DNA of 64,000 bases from Pseudomonadota bacterium (GCA_003247575.1 QJZC01000058.1:101021-165020), one strand, 5' to 3'. Counted from the first letter of the stretch, positions 1 through 10,349 are shown. A program made the numbers and translations. The notes: generated from the letters alone by a model not told the origin.

Positions 1-1496
1 GCGAAGTCGGCCAGCTGCGGATGCTGGCCTGCGGCATCCGCAGTCGCCGGTAACGCGAACTCCGGCACGGCCGCCCAGCGGAGCATCCACTGACGCCCGA
101 GCTGAATCGAGCGGCGCCACAGCTCGCGCAGCGAGCCCCCGGAGTCGTCCCCTGCGAGAAGCGCCTCCAGCTCCCGCCGAGCGCCCGCGTGGGCTAGGTG
201 AGACAGCTCCCAGTCGGCGTAGACGCGCCGGCTCTCTTCCTCCGTCAGGGCAGCCTCCAGATGGGGCCAGACATCGACTGAGTCGGAGGCAGGTAGGCGC
301 TCCCGAGCCGCAACGATCAGGCTGTCCAGATCCGCTCCCGCCCAGACAGACTCGGGCGAGCCAGAAGTCACGGCCTCGTGACCGGACTCGGCAGCCGGCT
401 GCACGAACCGCGGCACCCCTTCCGTCGCCTCTCCGCACCCTCGAAGCTCGAAACCATCCGCTCCGAGCGTGTGGAGCTCGAAGTGATCGAAGTGCGTAGC
501 AAGCCACTCGCGCTCCCACTCGGCGAGCCCGACTGCACCGGCGACCTGCTCCGACGAGCGCGCCGCGCGCAGACCTCGGCGCAGCTGACGCCGGGAGATG
601 ACCAGTACTCCGCGCTCTCCCGCGCACGCGGTCAGGCTCGCGAGGGTTTCAGAGGTCGGTGGCGACGCGGCGCTGTCCACGGCATCGACACACACGACCA
701 GATCGAAGGGCGAAGATCCCGAAGTTTCGCGAAGCTCGGAGAGTGCGGCTACTGGCTGCTCCGCGGGACTCCGTGCAGTAGGCGCGAGCGCGCTTCGCAC
801 GACCGCGTCCGCGGACGCGACCACCTCCCGCGCCAGGTCGGCGAGCGGTGCGACACCGCAGCCGTCGCCTCCCGAGCCGTCGAGCACCCGTGCAGCGCGC
901 GCGTAGCGCGCTGCGAATGCGTACTGTCGGGCAGCCACCAGCCGCGGAGCGCGCGCGCCTGCACACGCGTCGCGAGGAGCGTAGACGTGGGCTCCGGCTG
1001 CGACGAAGCGCAGTAGCACACCCCGTCGCGCCACTGCCCCACTCGCCCCGAGTCCCGTGCTCCAACAGCTCTCGATCCCACGAGACCGGAGCCCGTTCGA
1101 GCGCGCGGCCTGCATGAGCGCGCCGATGCGAGGCAGCAGTGCGCTCGACTGCAAAGGCGGCGCCAGGAGCGCGACTCCGAGCTCGCAGCGCACGTCTCGG
1201 GCGAGATCGCCGAGCTGCCCATCCCGAAGTGTGGCAGAGCCATCCGGATCTGGAATCCAGAGCAGGTAGGGGACTCCGGAGCCGACCTCGGCACCCCAGA
1301 ACGCCTCCGGCGTCGGAAACCAACACGCGGCTCTGGGGAGCGAGCGCTCCCGCCTTCCGATGACAACAACCTCACACGTGTCGAGCTCCCCGCCGGCGAG
1401 GTAGTCGAGCGCACTCTGCGGCCAGCCAGCGCCGATCCCGATCAGCTGCCGATCCTGGCGTCGCTCCGAGGTCACGTCCGTTGGCGCCGCTCGCAC
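1..1496 (-). CDS. Partial CDS (3' end runs off the left edge): hypothetical protein with a class I SAM-methyltransferase-like core
   Basis: Own translation of the minus frame is open from 1496 to 1 (about 498 codons) with GC-rich third positions. It is absent from the track because it has no stop in the window. Motif-I-like VLDGSGGDGCG, then FDLVVCVDAV...GERGVLVISRR. GTG at 1496 is preceded by GGAAAGGAG 6 nt upstream. Track ORFs 378-1414 on both strands look like shadow frames of this gene. Confidence 0.5.
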   Translation of the reverse strand, partial: MRAAPTDVTSERRQDRQLIGIGAGWPQSALDYLAGGELDTCEVVVIGRRERSLPRAACWFPTPEAFWGAEVGSGVPYLLWIPDPDGSATLRDGQLGDLARDVRCELGVALLAPPLQSSALLPRIGALMQAARSNGLRSRGIESCWSTGLGASGAVARRGVLLRFVAAGAHVYAPRDACAGARAPRLVAARQYAFAARYARAARVLDGSGGDGCGVAPLADLAREVVASADAVVRSALAPTARSPAEQPVAALSELRETSGSSPFDLVVCVDAVDSAASPPTSETLASLTACAGERGVLVISRRQLRRGLRAARSSEQVAGAVGLAEWEREWLATHFDHFELHTLGADGFELRGCGEATEGVPRFVQPAAESGHEAVTSGSPESVWAGADLDSLIVAARERLPASDSVDVWPHLEAALTEEESRRVYADWELSHLAHAGARRELEALLAGDDSGGSLRELWRRSIQLGRQWMLRWAAVPEFALPATADAAGQHPQLADF

Positions 1497-1645
1497 TCCG
1501 CACTCCTTTCCGCACAGTCTACCGCGGTCGCACGAGAGGCCAGCGCGCCGCGAGAGCCACCTCCGGCTCGGAACACGGCTGGATCAGAGCTGGTGTCACC
1601 CCGAGGCGACCCCAGCCCTCGGCGCAGCCCCAAGGGGGATCCGCT

Positions 1646-3178
1646 ATGGTTCCTGACATGGTAGATCGAGCGCAAAGCACGCCAACTCCGGGTACAGGAG
1701 CCGCGGGCACAGGAGCCGCCAGCACAGCAGCCGGAATCGGCGAGGGGGCCACGGCGAGCGAAACACTCGCCTGGTTCGGAGTGGACGAAGGAACTGTGCG
1801 GCGGGTGCTCGCAGAGCTCTCGGCGCGTGGTGCGGATGACGCGGATCTGTACTTCCAGTCGACGCGAGCGAACGCGATCCAGCTCGAGGACGGCATCGTG
1901 AGCAGCGCGAGCTCGAGCGTGGATCAGGGAGTCGGCCTTCGCTGTGTCATCGGAGATCAGGTAGGCTATGCCTACACGGAGGATCTGACCGAGGAGTCGA
2001 TGCTGAACGCGGCGCGAACGGCAGCTGCGATCGCGAACCAGTCGGCGGCGATCCCACCGCAGGCACTCTCCGCTCGGCCAGCGAGAGCCGACTACTACAA
2101 GCTCGAACGCGCCTGGCCCGATGTCGGCATCACCCAGAAGCTACCCAAGCTTCAGCAAGCCGAGAGGTTGGCGCGCGCTGCAGACCCGGCAATTCGCAAG
2201 GTCAGCATCGCCTGGAGCGACTCCGATGAACGCGTCGCGATCGCCACTCTGCGCGGACAGTTGCTGGAGGATCGGCGTCCCATGATTCGGATGTTCGTGA
2301 TGCTCACAGCAGAGAAGAACGGCGAAACGCAGGCACACAGCTCGAACATAGCGGGAAGGCGCGGGTTCGATTGGATCACCGACCTTCGCGTCGAGCAGGT
2401 GGTACGCGAGGCTGTAGACCGAACCTTGCTGCTGTTCGAAGCCAGACGCCCACCGGCGGGCGAGCTCCCGGTGGTGCTCAGCGCGGGGGCCAGCGGGATC
2501 CTGCTGCACGAAGCCATCGGCCACGGACTCGAAGCCGATTTCAATCGCAAGCAAACGAGCATCTACTCCACGATGCTCGGCAAACAGATCGCTCCCGACT
2601 TCGTCACCATCGTGGACGACGGCACGTTCGAGCACGAGCGTGGCGCGCTCAACGTGGACGACGAGGGCAACGACACAGAACGGACCGTACTCGTCGAAAA
2701 CGGAGTCTTGCGCTCGTACCTGCACGACTCGATCAGCGCTCGACACTACTCGGTGAAGAGCACCGGCTCCGGGCGACGCCAATCCTTCCGTCACATCCCG
2801 ATGCCTCGAATGCGCTGCACGCAGATGCTCGACGGCCCTCATACGCGCGACGAGATCATTGCGTCGGTGAAAGGGACTGGGATCATCGCCGAGACCTTCA
2901 CCAACGGACAGGTACAGATCGGAGCTGGCGACTACACCTTCTACATCAAGAACGGCTGGCTGATCGAGGATGGTCGGATCACGGCTCCAATCAAGGACGT
3001 AAACATCATCGGAAACGGTCCCGAGTCCCTACGCAGGGTCAGCATGGCCGCAGACGATTCCAAGCTCGACACAGGCGGATGGACCTGCGGAAAGAACGGC
3101 CAGATGGTGCCGGTGTCGCAGGGCCTCCCGACGGTGCTCGTATCGAAGATGACCGTGGGAGGCGAGAATCGTGGCTGA
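1646..3178 (+). CDS. tldD: TldD-type metalloprotease (TldD/PmbA family)
   Basis: Track ORF 1481-3178. Has the family-typical HEAIGHGLEADF motif and a conserved C-terminal GGWTCGKNGQ region. The first ATG at 1646 (MVPDMVDR) is preferred because 1481-1645 is Arg/Pro-rich and overlaps the divergent neighbour's start region. Confidence 0.9.
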   Translation: MVPDMVDRAQSTPTPGTGAAGTGAASTAAGIGEGATASETLAWFGVDEGTVRRVLAELSARGADDADLYFQSTRANAIQLEDGIVSSASSSVDQGVGLRCVIGDQVGYAYTEDLTEESMLNAARTAAAIANQSAAIPPQALSARPARADYYKLERAWPDVGITQKLPKLQQAERLARAADPAIRKVSIAWSDSDERVAIATLRGQLLEDRRPMIRMFVMLTAEKNGETQAHSSNIAGRRGFDWITDLRVEQVVREAVDRTLLLFEARRPPAGELPVVLSAGASGILLHEAIGHGLEADFNRKQTSIYSTMLGKQIAPDFVTIVDDGTFEHERGALNVDDEGNDTERTVLVENGVLRSYLHDSISARHYSVKSTGSGRRQSFRHIPMPRMRCTQMLDGPHTRDEIIASVKGTGIIAETFTNGQVQIGAGDYTFYIKNGWLIEDGRITAPIKDVNIIGNGPESLRRVSMAADDSKLDTGGWTCGKNGQMVPVSQGLPTVLVSKMTVGGENRG

Positions 3179-4490
3179 CCGAGAGCTGCTGACCCGCGCG
3201 AGCGAGATCGTCGACCTGGCCACGCGTTCGGGAGCAGACGGAGCGTGGTCGAACGCCAGCCGATCCCGCAACGTGAGCTACACCTACCGCGACGGCAAGC
3301 TCGAAGAGGTCAAGGACAGCACCTCGCGCGGCATCAGTCTGCGCCTGTACGTCGATGGACGGTTCTCCGTACACTCCACCACGGATCTGCGCCCCGCACA
3401 GCTACGCTCGTTCATCGACGAGGCCGTGGCGCTCACACGCGCCCTCGAGCCCGACCCCTACCGATCGTTGCCCGATCCATCGCTGTTCGAAGGACGCAGC
3501 GAATCCGACCTGGAGCTGGTCGATCCCGCAACGTACGCGATCGACCGCGAACGCCGGCTCGACTGGTGCCGCAACATGGACGAGCGCGTGGTGGGCAAGC
3601 CGGACGTGGTGTCCGCGAGCAGCTCCGCGGGGAATGCGGAGTACGAGTCTGCAGCCGCGAGCAGCAACGGATTCTCGGGCACCTACGCATCGACCTCAGC
3701 CTGGCTCGCATGCGAAGTCACACTGAGGGACAAAGACGATAGCCGACCCGCCGAATGGATGGCGGCGTCCGCGCGCCACCTGAGCGCCCTACCCGCCCCC
3801 GCCGAGATTGCCGACGAAGCGCTCGTACGCGCGCGTGGCCTCCTAGGATCAGTCAAGGGGCCCACTCTGCGGGGACCGATGGTCGTCGAGCGCCGCATCG
3901 CGAGCCGCTTGATCCACCGCCTGTGCGGGCCCGCCTCCGGAAGCGCTGTTCAACAGGGCAGAAGCTTCTGGAAAGATCGACTCGGCAAGCAGGTGGTTTC
4001 CGAGAAGCTGACTGTGATCGACGACCCGCTGATCGTGCGCGGTCTCGCATCCCGGCCGTTCGACGGCGAGGGCATCGCCGCGCGACCGCTCGATGTCGTC
4101 CAGAGCGGGCAGTTTGCAAACCTGTATCTCGATACCTACTACGCCAAGAAGCTCGGAATGCCGCCGACGACGGGCTCTGCTTCGAACCACGTGATCGAGC
4201 TGGGTGACAAGAGCTGCGACGAAATCCTCGGATGTGTCGGGTCCGGTATCTACGTGACCGCATGGCTAGGTGGGAACATGGACTCGACCTCTGGAGACTT
4301 CTCGCTGGGTGTGCGCGGACATCGGATCGAAGCCGGCAAGCTGGCAGCTCCGATCGGCGAGATGAACATCACCGGAAACATTCTCGAGCTGTTCTCGAAT
4401 CTCGTGGAGATCGGCAACGATCCGTGGCCCTTCTCGGCGACCCGAGCCCCCACACTGGCATTCGCCGACGTGCAGTTCAGTGGTGAGTGA
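3171..4490 (+). CDS. pmbA: PmbA/TldE-type protein (TldD/PmbA family partner)
   Basis: 439-aa ORF paralogous in layout to TldD, with no HExxxH motif. C-terminal GDFSLGVRGHRIEAGK...NITGN block typical of PmbA. GTG start has GGGAGG upstream. Its start overlaps the tldD stop (GTGGCTGA at 3171-3178), implying co-translation. Confidence 0.8.
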   Translation: MADRELLTRASEIVDLATRSGADGAWSNASRSRNVSYTYRDGKLEEVKDSTSRGISLRLYVDGRFSVHSTTDLRPAQLRSFIDEAVALTRALEPDPYRSLPDPSLFEGRSESDLELVDPATYAIDRERRLDWCRNMDERVVGKPDVVSASSSAGNAEYESAAASSNGFSGTYASTSAWLACEVTLRDKDDSRPAEWMAASARHLSALPAPAEIADEALVRARGLLGSVKGPTLRGPMVVERRIASRLIHRLCGPASGSAVQQGRSFWKDRLGKQVVSEKLTVIDDPLIVRGLASRPFDGEGIAARPLDVVQSGQFANLYLDTYYAKKLGMPPTTGSASNHVIELGDKSCDEILGCVGSGIYVTAWLGGNMDSTSGDFSLGVRGHRIEAGKLAAPIGEMNITGNILELFSNLVEIGNDPWPFSATRAPTLAFADVQFSGE

Positions 4491-4604
4491 TATGCCGCGC
4501 GCGGCGCCGGAATGAGCCCCGCGATCCGCTGATCTTGTGCACGAAGCGCGCAATCTGGATCGTTCGAACGGGCCTCCCTGGGACGCCAAAACCCCCGATC
4601 GTGC

Positions 4605-4633
4605 TTCCTAGGGGGCGCGCCAGCCTGTATAGT
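4605..4633 (+). promoter_or_regulatory. Possible sigma-70 promoter of the MFS gene (TTCCTA-N17-TATAGT)
   Basis: TATAGT at 4628-4633 and a weak -35 TTCCTA at 4605-4610 with a 17-nt spacer, about 47 nt upstream of the ATG at 4680. Pattern match only. Confidence 0.25.
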
Positions 4634-4679
4634 GCCCGCTCGACCAAGGGGCGTCGGCCCCGACTGCGAGAGGCGTTCC

Positions 4680-6080
4680 ATGAGCCAAGCCGCCGTCCGG
4701 CCGGTACCGGACCCCGACCGACCCACAGCGCCTGACACCGAGAACCCGGGCTATCGCTACTACGCGCTCGGACTACTCACGATTGCGTACATGCTCAATT
4801 TCGTGGATCGCCAGATTCTGTCGGTGGTTCAGGAGCCAATGCGCGAGGAGCTCGGGATCTCGGATACCTGGCTCGGGCTGCTTCAGGGAACTCTCTTCGC
4901 AATGTTCTACGTAACGGCGGGGATCCCCATCGCTCGTTGGGCAGACATCGGGAACCGACGCAACATCGTGGCCATCGCAGTTGGGCTCTGGAGTCTTATG
5001 ACGGCGCTTCAGGGTCTCGCACAAAACGTCGCACAGCTCGCCCTCGCTCGCTTCGGGGTCGGCGTCGGCGAGGCCGGGGGTAGTCCGCCAGCACACTCCA
5101 TGATCTCGGACCTATTCAAGCCGAGCGAGCGGGGACGCGCCCTGGCGCTCTACTCCTCTGGGGTCACGTTCGGGGTCATGCTCGCATACGTCCTCGGAGG
5201 ATGGGTCAGCGACAACTTCGGCTGGAGAATCGTATTCGTAGTCGTAGGTCTGCCAGGAGTCATACTCGGCTTGGTGATTCGCTGGACACTGCGCGAGCCC
5301 GAACGCGGGCTGCTCGACGCGAGTGGATCGGCAACGGCTGCAGCACCGGCTTTCATGACGGTCATGAAGACTCTGATGACTCGGCGCTCGTTTCTGCTGC
5401 TCTCGGTGGCCGCGGGACTGCACGCCTTCACCGCCTATGGAATCGGTGCGTTCATCGTATCGTTCTTCTATCGCAGCTACGGACTAGCCAGCATCAGTGA
5501 AGTCACAGTGCCCCTGGGTCTCATGATCGGTGGCGCCGGCGCTCTAGGAAACTTCCTGGGTGGATACCTCGCCGATCGCTGGGGTACGGATGACAAGCGC
5601 TGGTACGTCTGGGTCCCAGCGATCTCGACTCTGCTGGCAATTCCGTTCGCCTACGCCTCATTCCTTTCGAACAGCTTCTACCTCGCCATCGCGCTCTACT
5701 TCCTGCCTCTGATCTTCGGCTACATGTACCTTGGCCCGACACTTGCCCTGACACACGGCCTGGTCAGTCCGCGCATGCGCGCGGTCGCCTCCTCGATCCT
5801 GTTCTTCATCCTCAACCTGATCGGTCTCGGGCTCGGGCCTACCGCGACAGGCCTGGTCAGTGATCTGCTTCGGGACGGCGTGCAGATCGGAGCCGGTCTC
5901 CAGGGCTCCATCAGCACAGTCTTCGGCAGTGAAATCGCGCGCATGACCGTCGAGGGATTCGGAGACGAGTCGCTGCGCTACGCCATCCTGATCATGTTCT
6001 TTGCGTACTTCGCCTGCGCAATCTTCTACTTCCTGGCCGCGCGCTACATCCGCGAAGACCTCGCGAACGCACCCACGTAG
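4680..6080 (+). CDS. MFS transporter (Spinster-like subfamily)
   Basis: Track ORF 4632-6080. N-terminus YYALGLLTIAYMLNFVDRQILSVVQEPMREELGISDTWLGLL and multiple hydrophobic spans are typical of MFS_1. ATG at 4680 is preceded by GAGAGG. Confidence 0.85.
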   Translation: MSQAAVRPVPDPDRPTAPDTENPGYRYYALGLLTIAYMLNFVDRQILSVVQEPMREELGISDTWLGLLQGTLFAMFYVTAGIPIARWADIGNRRNIVAIAVGLWSLMTALQGLAQNVAQLALARFGVGVGEAGGSPPAHSMISDLFKPSERGRALALYSSGVTFGVMLAYVLGGWVSDNFGWRIVFVVVGLPGVILGLVIRWTLREPERGLLDASGSATAAAPAFMTVMKTLMTRRSFLLLSVAAGLHAFTAYGIGAFIVSFFYRSYGLASISEVTVPLGLMIGGAGALGNFLGGYLADRWGTDDKRWYVWVPAISTLLAIPFAYASFLSNSFYLAIALYFLPLIFGYMYLGPTLALTHGLVSPRMRAVASSILFFILNLIGLGLGPTATGLVSDLLRDGVQIGAGLQGSISTVFGSEIARMTVEGFGDESLRYAILIMFFAYFACAIFYFLAARYIREDLANAPT

Positions 6081-6086
6081 CCGCCC

Positions 6087-7160
6087 GTGCTGGATCTCGA
6101 CGAAGCTCTCGAACGATTTCACAAGACGGGGCCCGTCTACGCTTCCGGTCTCGTCAATCACGGGCCGATGGCTCTCGAAGCACTGTTCGCACTCGGGCAC
6201 AAGGTCCTGTCGCAGGGGCTGATCGATGTGTATCTCCCGCGGCTACGCCCTCACGCAGGCGGAACGGTCCTGACTCCTGCGGAGCAGGCGACCGCGCTCG
6301 GAGATCGAACTCGCTTCGGAGATTGGCTGGCGACCTTCGAGCGAGAGCTCGATGCGCACTCGGTTGCAGAAGTGACCACCGCACGCTGCGCGCAGTGGAT
6401 CGACGGAGTCTTCAGTGCATGTGGTCACGCATTCCTGCGCACGGCACATGCCGTGCGCGCTCTTTCACTAGGAGAGAGCGCGGCTCGCAGGCGCGAGCTG
6501 GCCCATGCACTGGCCTTCTGGGCGGCCTACCATCGCCCGCTCCCGAGCCGGGTAGACACGCCCGCGGAGCCCGTCGGCTGTGAGATCCCCGCGCTCGCAT
6601 CACTCGCACCCTGGAATCCCGAACCGCCGCTCCCCGAGCTGTTCAGCGAAGCAGCAGAACGACTCCACGAGCACGCGCCATTCATGCGATGGTCGGAATG
6701 GATTCTGAGCACTTCCTCGGCGCCGCCCTCTATTCATGACCTCTGCGTCTTTGCCGCAGAGCACTACCTGGAGGCGGAGACGCCGCGTGCGCGCCTAGCC
6801 TATAATCACGCGCTCACGATTCCGAGCGCTCTGCGCCTTCTCGAGTCGCAGCTCTCGAGCGCGACACTCACGCGTGCACGCGCGCGTCTCCATCAGGCCG
6901 TAGCGGCGCTGCACCTGCTTGCGGGAGCATCGGCGCAACACGAGACCGCAGAGCCTGGCGACGAGATCTCCAGCGACGTTCGGACTCTGGCGGAGTCCAA
7001 TGCCGAGCTGCGCTATCGCGCTGCGTGTAGCCTGGACGAGCATGTGATCAAGTTCGTCGAAGCTTGCATCCGCGAGGACGCGCACGAACCCCACGACTCC
7101 CTACGGCTAGCCGCTGCGCACGCAGCCCTGCACCAGTCGGGCATGCAGCCCCATTGCTGA
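6087..7160 (+). CDS. Hypothetical protein, tentatively questin-oxidase-like (DUF4243) family
   Basis: 357-aa ORF with a GTG start. N-terminal ...GLVNHGPMALEALFALGH... resembles the conserved opening of questin-oxidase-like proteins. The functional call is tentative. Confidence 0.5.
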   Translation: MLDLDEALERFHKTGPVYASGLVNHGPMALEALFALGHKVLSQGLIDVYLPRLRPHAGGTVLTPAEQATALGDRTRFGDWLATFERELDAHSVAEVTTARCAQWIDGVFSACGHAFLRTAHAVRALSLGESAARRRELAHALAFWAAYHRPLPSRVDTPAEPVGCEIPALASLAPWNPEPPLPELFSEAAERLHEHAPFMRWSEWILSTSSAPPSIHDLCVFAAEHYLEAETPRARLAYNHALTIPSALRLLESQLSSATLTRARARLHQAVAALHLLAGASAQHETAEPGDEISSDVRTLAESNAELRYRAACSLDEHVIKFVEACIREDAHEPHDSLRLAAAHAALHQSGMQPHC

Positions 7161-7427
7161 GCAGCAAGCGCTCCGCGGGCGGACCGAAACCTCGTCGCGA
7201 TAGCCGAGCTACCCCACAAACTGGAAAAGCTACGCGATCCAGACTCCATCAACGGATTCTGGCGACGAGGCAAATAATGCCTCGCTGAAGCTGTGAGGTC
7301 GTTCACTTCTGTGTGAGGCAGTTCCGAACTCGCACCGTTCCCATCTGCAAATCACTCTGAGTGAGAGGAAGGGCCCTTCGCCAGATCGGCGAGCCGGCTC
7401 GCCTTTCCGAAAGAAGTAGATGGAAGA

Positions 7428-8402
7428 ATGGAGCGTGACATGCGACCGAGCAGACTGATCCACACTTTGACCACCGCATGCGGAGTGCTCGCCTTCGGCG
7501 TACTTCCAGTGCCAGGGACCGCACGGGCGGAGACGAGCACCGTCAAGATCCCCAAGAGCCTCGTAGTCACCGCGGTAAACGCCGCCCTTTCTGGCTTCGA
7601 GATCAACCTCGACAACTGGGGCACCTTCCGTCCCCAGAGCAAGGGCACCTGGCACGTCGACAACTCGTACGTTCTATTTCCATCTGGGAAGAAGTACCAG
7701 ATCGAAGTCCCGAGGACTCCAGACGAGAGCGTGGGCGGACGGCGATACAATGCCTATGTCGATGACATGAAGACCCAGACGCTCGACGTCAAACTGGACG
7801 GAAACAGGGTCAGACTCCGCTCATTCTTCGAAAGCGCGGGGAACGAGATCAACATCGGCTGCATCAACAAGGCATCCGACAAGCCTTGCAAGGTTCATCC
7901 CCTCAAGCATTCGGGCGATCTCGACAATGCCTACTTCGCCGCACTCTTCGATCTGAAGTTCAATGGACCGCGAATCTCACTCGTTCCCTCGGACGTCGAG
8001 ATCGACTTCGATCTTCATCTCGATTCCAAGGTGCTCGACACTCTCAAGAACATTGCCTCTCAGTTCGTCGACATCAAGGGGATCGTGCGGCGCAACGCCC
8101 GGAAGGCATTCGTAACCGAGCTCACGAAGCCAGACTTGGAGCAGGAACTTTCCAAGGACCTAAACTCCGCCTTTCGGAAGGAGGTCAGGCAGCTTCTGGC
8201 AGGAAGGACTGGCGGAATGACCGCGCAGATGTTCATCAATCGGAACGTGTCGATCAAGAGCATCACCAGTCAGGGATCCAATTTCGTCATCTCGATCGAA
8301 CATCCCAAGCTGCGGAATGCCGTCGGACCAACGCCCTCGGGCCTAGGCGGGCTGCAAACTTCACCCAAACCCGACGCGAGCGGGGGCATCCAGCGAAGGT
8401 AG
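7428..8402 (+). CDS. Secreted hypothetical protein (no recognisable domain)
   Basis: 324-aa ORF with a Sec-type signal peptide (...LAFGVLPVPGTARA/ETS). The coding region is visibly less GC-rich than its neighbours and Lys/Asn/Asp-rich. No motif recognised. Confidence 0.7.
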   Translation: MERDMRPSRLIHTLTTACGVLAFGVLPVPGTARAETSTVKIPKSLVVTAVNAALSGFEINLDNWGTFRPQSKGTWHVDNSYVLFPSGKKYQIEVPRTPDESVGGRRYNAYVDDMKTQTLDVKLDGNRVRLRSFFESAGNEINIGCINKASDKPCKVHPLKHSGDLDNAYFAALFDLKFNGPRISLVPSDVEIDFDLHLDSKVLDTLKNIASQFVDIKGIVRRNARKAFVTELTKPDLEQELSKDLNSAFRKEVRQLLAGRTGGMTAQMFINRNVSIKSITSQGSNFVISIEHPKLRNAVGPTPSGLGGLQTSPKPDASGGIQRR

Positions 8403-8449
8403 CCCGCGGATCCAGTCATCTTGGCTCGACGAATCCGAAGCAAGCTCGA

Positions 8450-8485
8450 AGCCCGCTGCCGCGTGCTCACAGGCGGCAGCGGGCT
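8450..8485. terminator. Strong GC hairpin between convergent genes (probable bidirectional terminator)
   Basis: Perfect 13-bp stem agcccgctgccgc (8450-8462) / gcggcagcgggct (8473-8485) with a 10-nt loop. It lies between the stops at 8402 (+) and 8562 (-). There is no clean U-tract on either side. Confidence 0.5.
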
Positions 8486-8561
8486 GATCGCGCCTCTGAC
8501 GGAGATTCACCGAGAATGCACCACGGAGCGGGGATGCGGTGGCGCGACGAATGCCGCTCGT

Positions 8562-10049
8562 CTAGCGCTGGTACGGAACGTCTACCGCGATCTTGATCGG
8601 CATGCCGCCCTGGATGCGATCGCTGGCGAGCAAGCCGTTCGCTACTGCGACTTCGTCTGGAGTCCACGCGCTACCTGCGCGCGAGCAGAGCGCAGCGAGT
8701 GATTCGCCTGAACGCGCCGACACGACTCGCAAGCGGCGATCGCGAATGCTCGACAGCTCATCGGCGCCGAGCACGTGGAAGCTTCGAATCGCGGACTGAA
8801 GCTCGCGGCGACGGCGATCATAGGTCGAGCTCGAGCTGAGGGAGCTGATCTGATAGATGCCATTTGGGTGCTCGACGAACACCCACTCGCCGACGACGGG
8901 ACCCTGCTGCGACTGAACCTCTGCCAGCAGCCGGTAGGCATCGAGCGACCCCAGCCGAACTCGCTCGGCAATCTGGGGCGAGAAGCGGGCATTGTCGAGA
9001 AACGCCTGAGCATAGGCTGCAGGATCTCCACGGGAGCCGACCGCTTCGAGTGTGATCAACGCATCTTGCTCGGTTGACTGCGCGCCGACGAAGCTGCGCT
9101 GATTCGTCGTCTGCCAACCGCGCGGAAAGGTCATCCCGAACTGCAGGCCACCGTGCAGGAACGCGCTCTCGACGAACACTCCCTCCGCTGGATCCGGGCC
9201 GATGCGCAGACCGTCGAAACTACTCACAAATGCGTCGCGTGTCGGCAGGAAGGGCGAGACTGAGGGCGCCTGCTGGAGTGTGCGTGCACGCTCACTGGTC
9301 GTGCGCACGCGCTCGTCCGTCACGGGATGCGAATCGAGAAAGGTCGGACGCCGCTTCGTCCCGAGGCGCAGGGTCGTGTCGCGCCCGAGGGTGCGTAGGA
9401 ACTCGGAGATTCCACCGGGCTCATAACCCGCCGCTGCCGCCATCCGTTGGCCTACGTCGTCAGACTGTCGCTCCTGATCCCGACTGTAGGATGCGATGAA
9501 GCCGGCACCCGCCACCTGCCCGAGTTGGGCCGCCGCCTGTCCCATCTCAGCTCCGCCGAGCGCCGCTCCCGCGAGTACACCGAGCATGGTCAGCACCCCA
9601 ACTCCCGTCGCGCGCGTCTGCCGCTGTGCCGCGTGGCGCGCGGCAACGTGGCCGATCTCGTGCCCGATGACGCCTGCCAGCTCGGCTTCGGAGTTCGTCA
9701 GCGCCAACAACCCGCGCGACACGTAGATGTAGCCACCGGGAAGTGCAAAGGCGTTCGGCTCCTCCATGTCGGCGACATAGAAGCGATAGCGCACGTCCTT
9801 GCGCGGGGAGAACGCGGCGACTCGCTCGCCTACACGCGACACGTATTCCGTGAGCTTGGCATCTCGAACGAGACCGATCTGCTGCTCGACCTTCGAGGCT
9901 TCCTCGCGTCCGATCGCTGCCTCCTGGGCCGGTGACATCAACGAGATCTCGGAACGCCCAGTGACCGGATTGGTGACACACGCGCACAGCAAAGCCAGCA
10001 GCGCACAGCTGGTATTCCGTCTCCACTGCTTCACGACGTATTTGCTCAT
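8562..10049 (-). CDS. M48-family zinc metalloprotease lipoprotein with a C-terminal LysM-like domain
   Basis: GVIGHEIGHVAARH (HExxH). Lipoprotein-type signal ...LLALLCAC. C-terminal SGESLAALCSRAG...VAVANGL...GGMPIKIA resembles LysM. Confidence 0.85.
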   Translation of the reverse strand: MSKYVVKQWRRNTSCALLALLCACVTNPVTGRSEISLMSPAQEAAIGREEASKVEQQIGLVRDAKLTEYVSRVGERVAAFSPRKDVRYRFYVADMEEPNAFALPGGYIYVSRGLLALTNSEAELAGVIGHEIGHVAARHAAQRQTRATGVGVLTMLGVLAGAALGGAEMGQAAAQLGQVAGAGFIASYSRDQERQSDDVGQRMAAAAGYEPGGISEFLRTLGRDTTLRLGTKRRPTFLDSHPVTDERVRTTSERARTLQQAPSVSPFLPTRDAFVSSFDGLRIGPDPAEGVFVESAFLHGGLQFGMTFPRGWQTTNQRSFVGAQSTEQDALITLEAVGSRGDPAAYAQAFLDNARFSPQIAERVRLGSLDAYRLLAEVQSQQGPVVGEWVFVEHPNGIYQISSLSSSSTYDRRRRELQSAIRSFHVLGADELSSIRDRRLRVVSARSGESLAALCSRAGSAWTPDEVAVANGLLASDRIQGGMPIKIAVDVPYQR

Positions 10050-10349
10050 GCCTCGACCTCCGCTCTCGAGCCTGGGAGTTCTCTAGCCCGTCGCCACCAT
10101 TCGGGCAACGCCGGACGACACAGCCTGTTGGGACTTCGACGGCATGCACACTCCAACCGAATTCCCTGGCGGTGCGTCCATGGGCCACTACTATCCCGGG
10201 CGGGATCGCCTTGCTCAAGGGGCCTCGACCTCTGCCGGAGCCTACTCTACCTGGACCCACTCTACGTGGACCCAGAATGGACGCGGCATGTCCATCGTCG
10301 GATCACAAGGGATCGGACAGAACTGGCTCGCAGAACTGGATCGGAGTCT

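Noticed and set aside
378-1414. Track ORFs 378-1016 (+), 649-1326 (-) and 749-1414 (-) as the genes at the left edge
   Set aside because: A different minus frame is open across the whole 1-1496 interval, carries a methyltransferase-like motif I, and has a good RBS plus GTG. The listed ORFs are Arg-rich shadows.
7388-7408. GGCGAG-CCGG-CTCGCC plus TTTCC as a terminator for the gene ending at 7160
   Set aside because: It sits 230 nt after that stop and only about 20 nt before the next start codon, so its role (terminator, leader structure or chance palindrome) cannot be decided. It is mentioned only within the low-GC-segment finding.
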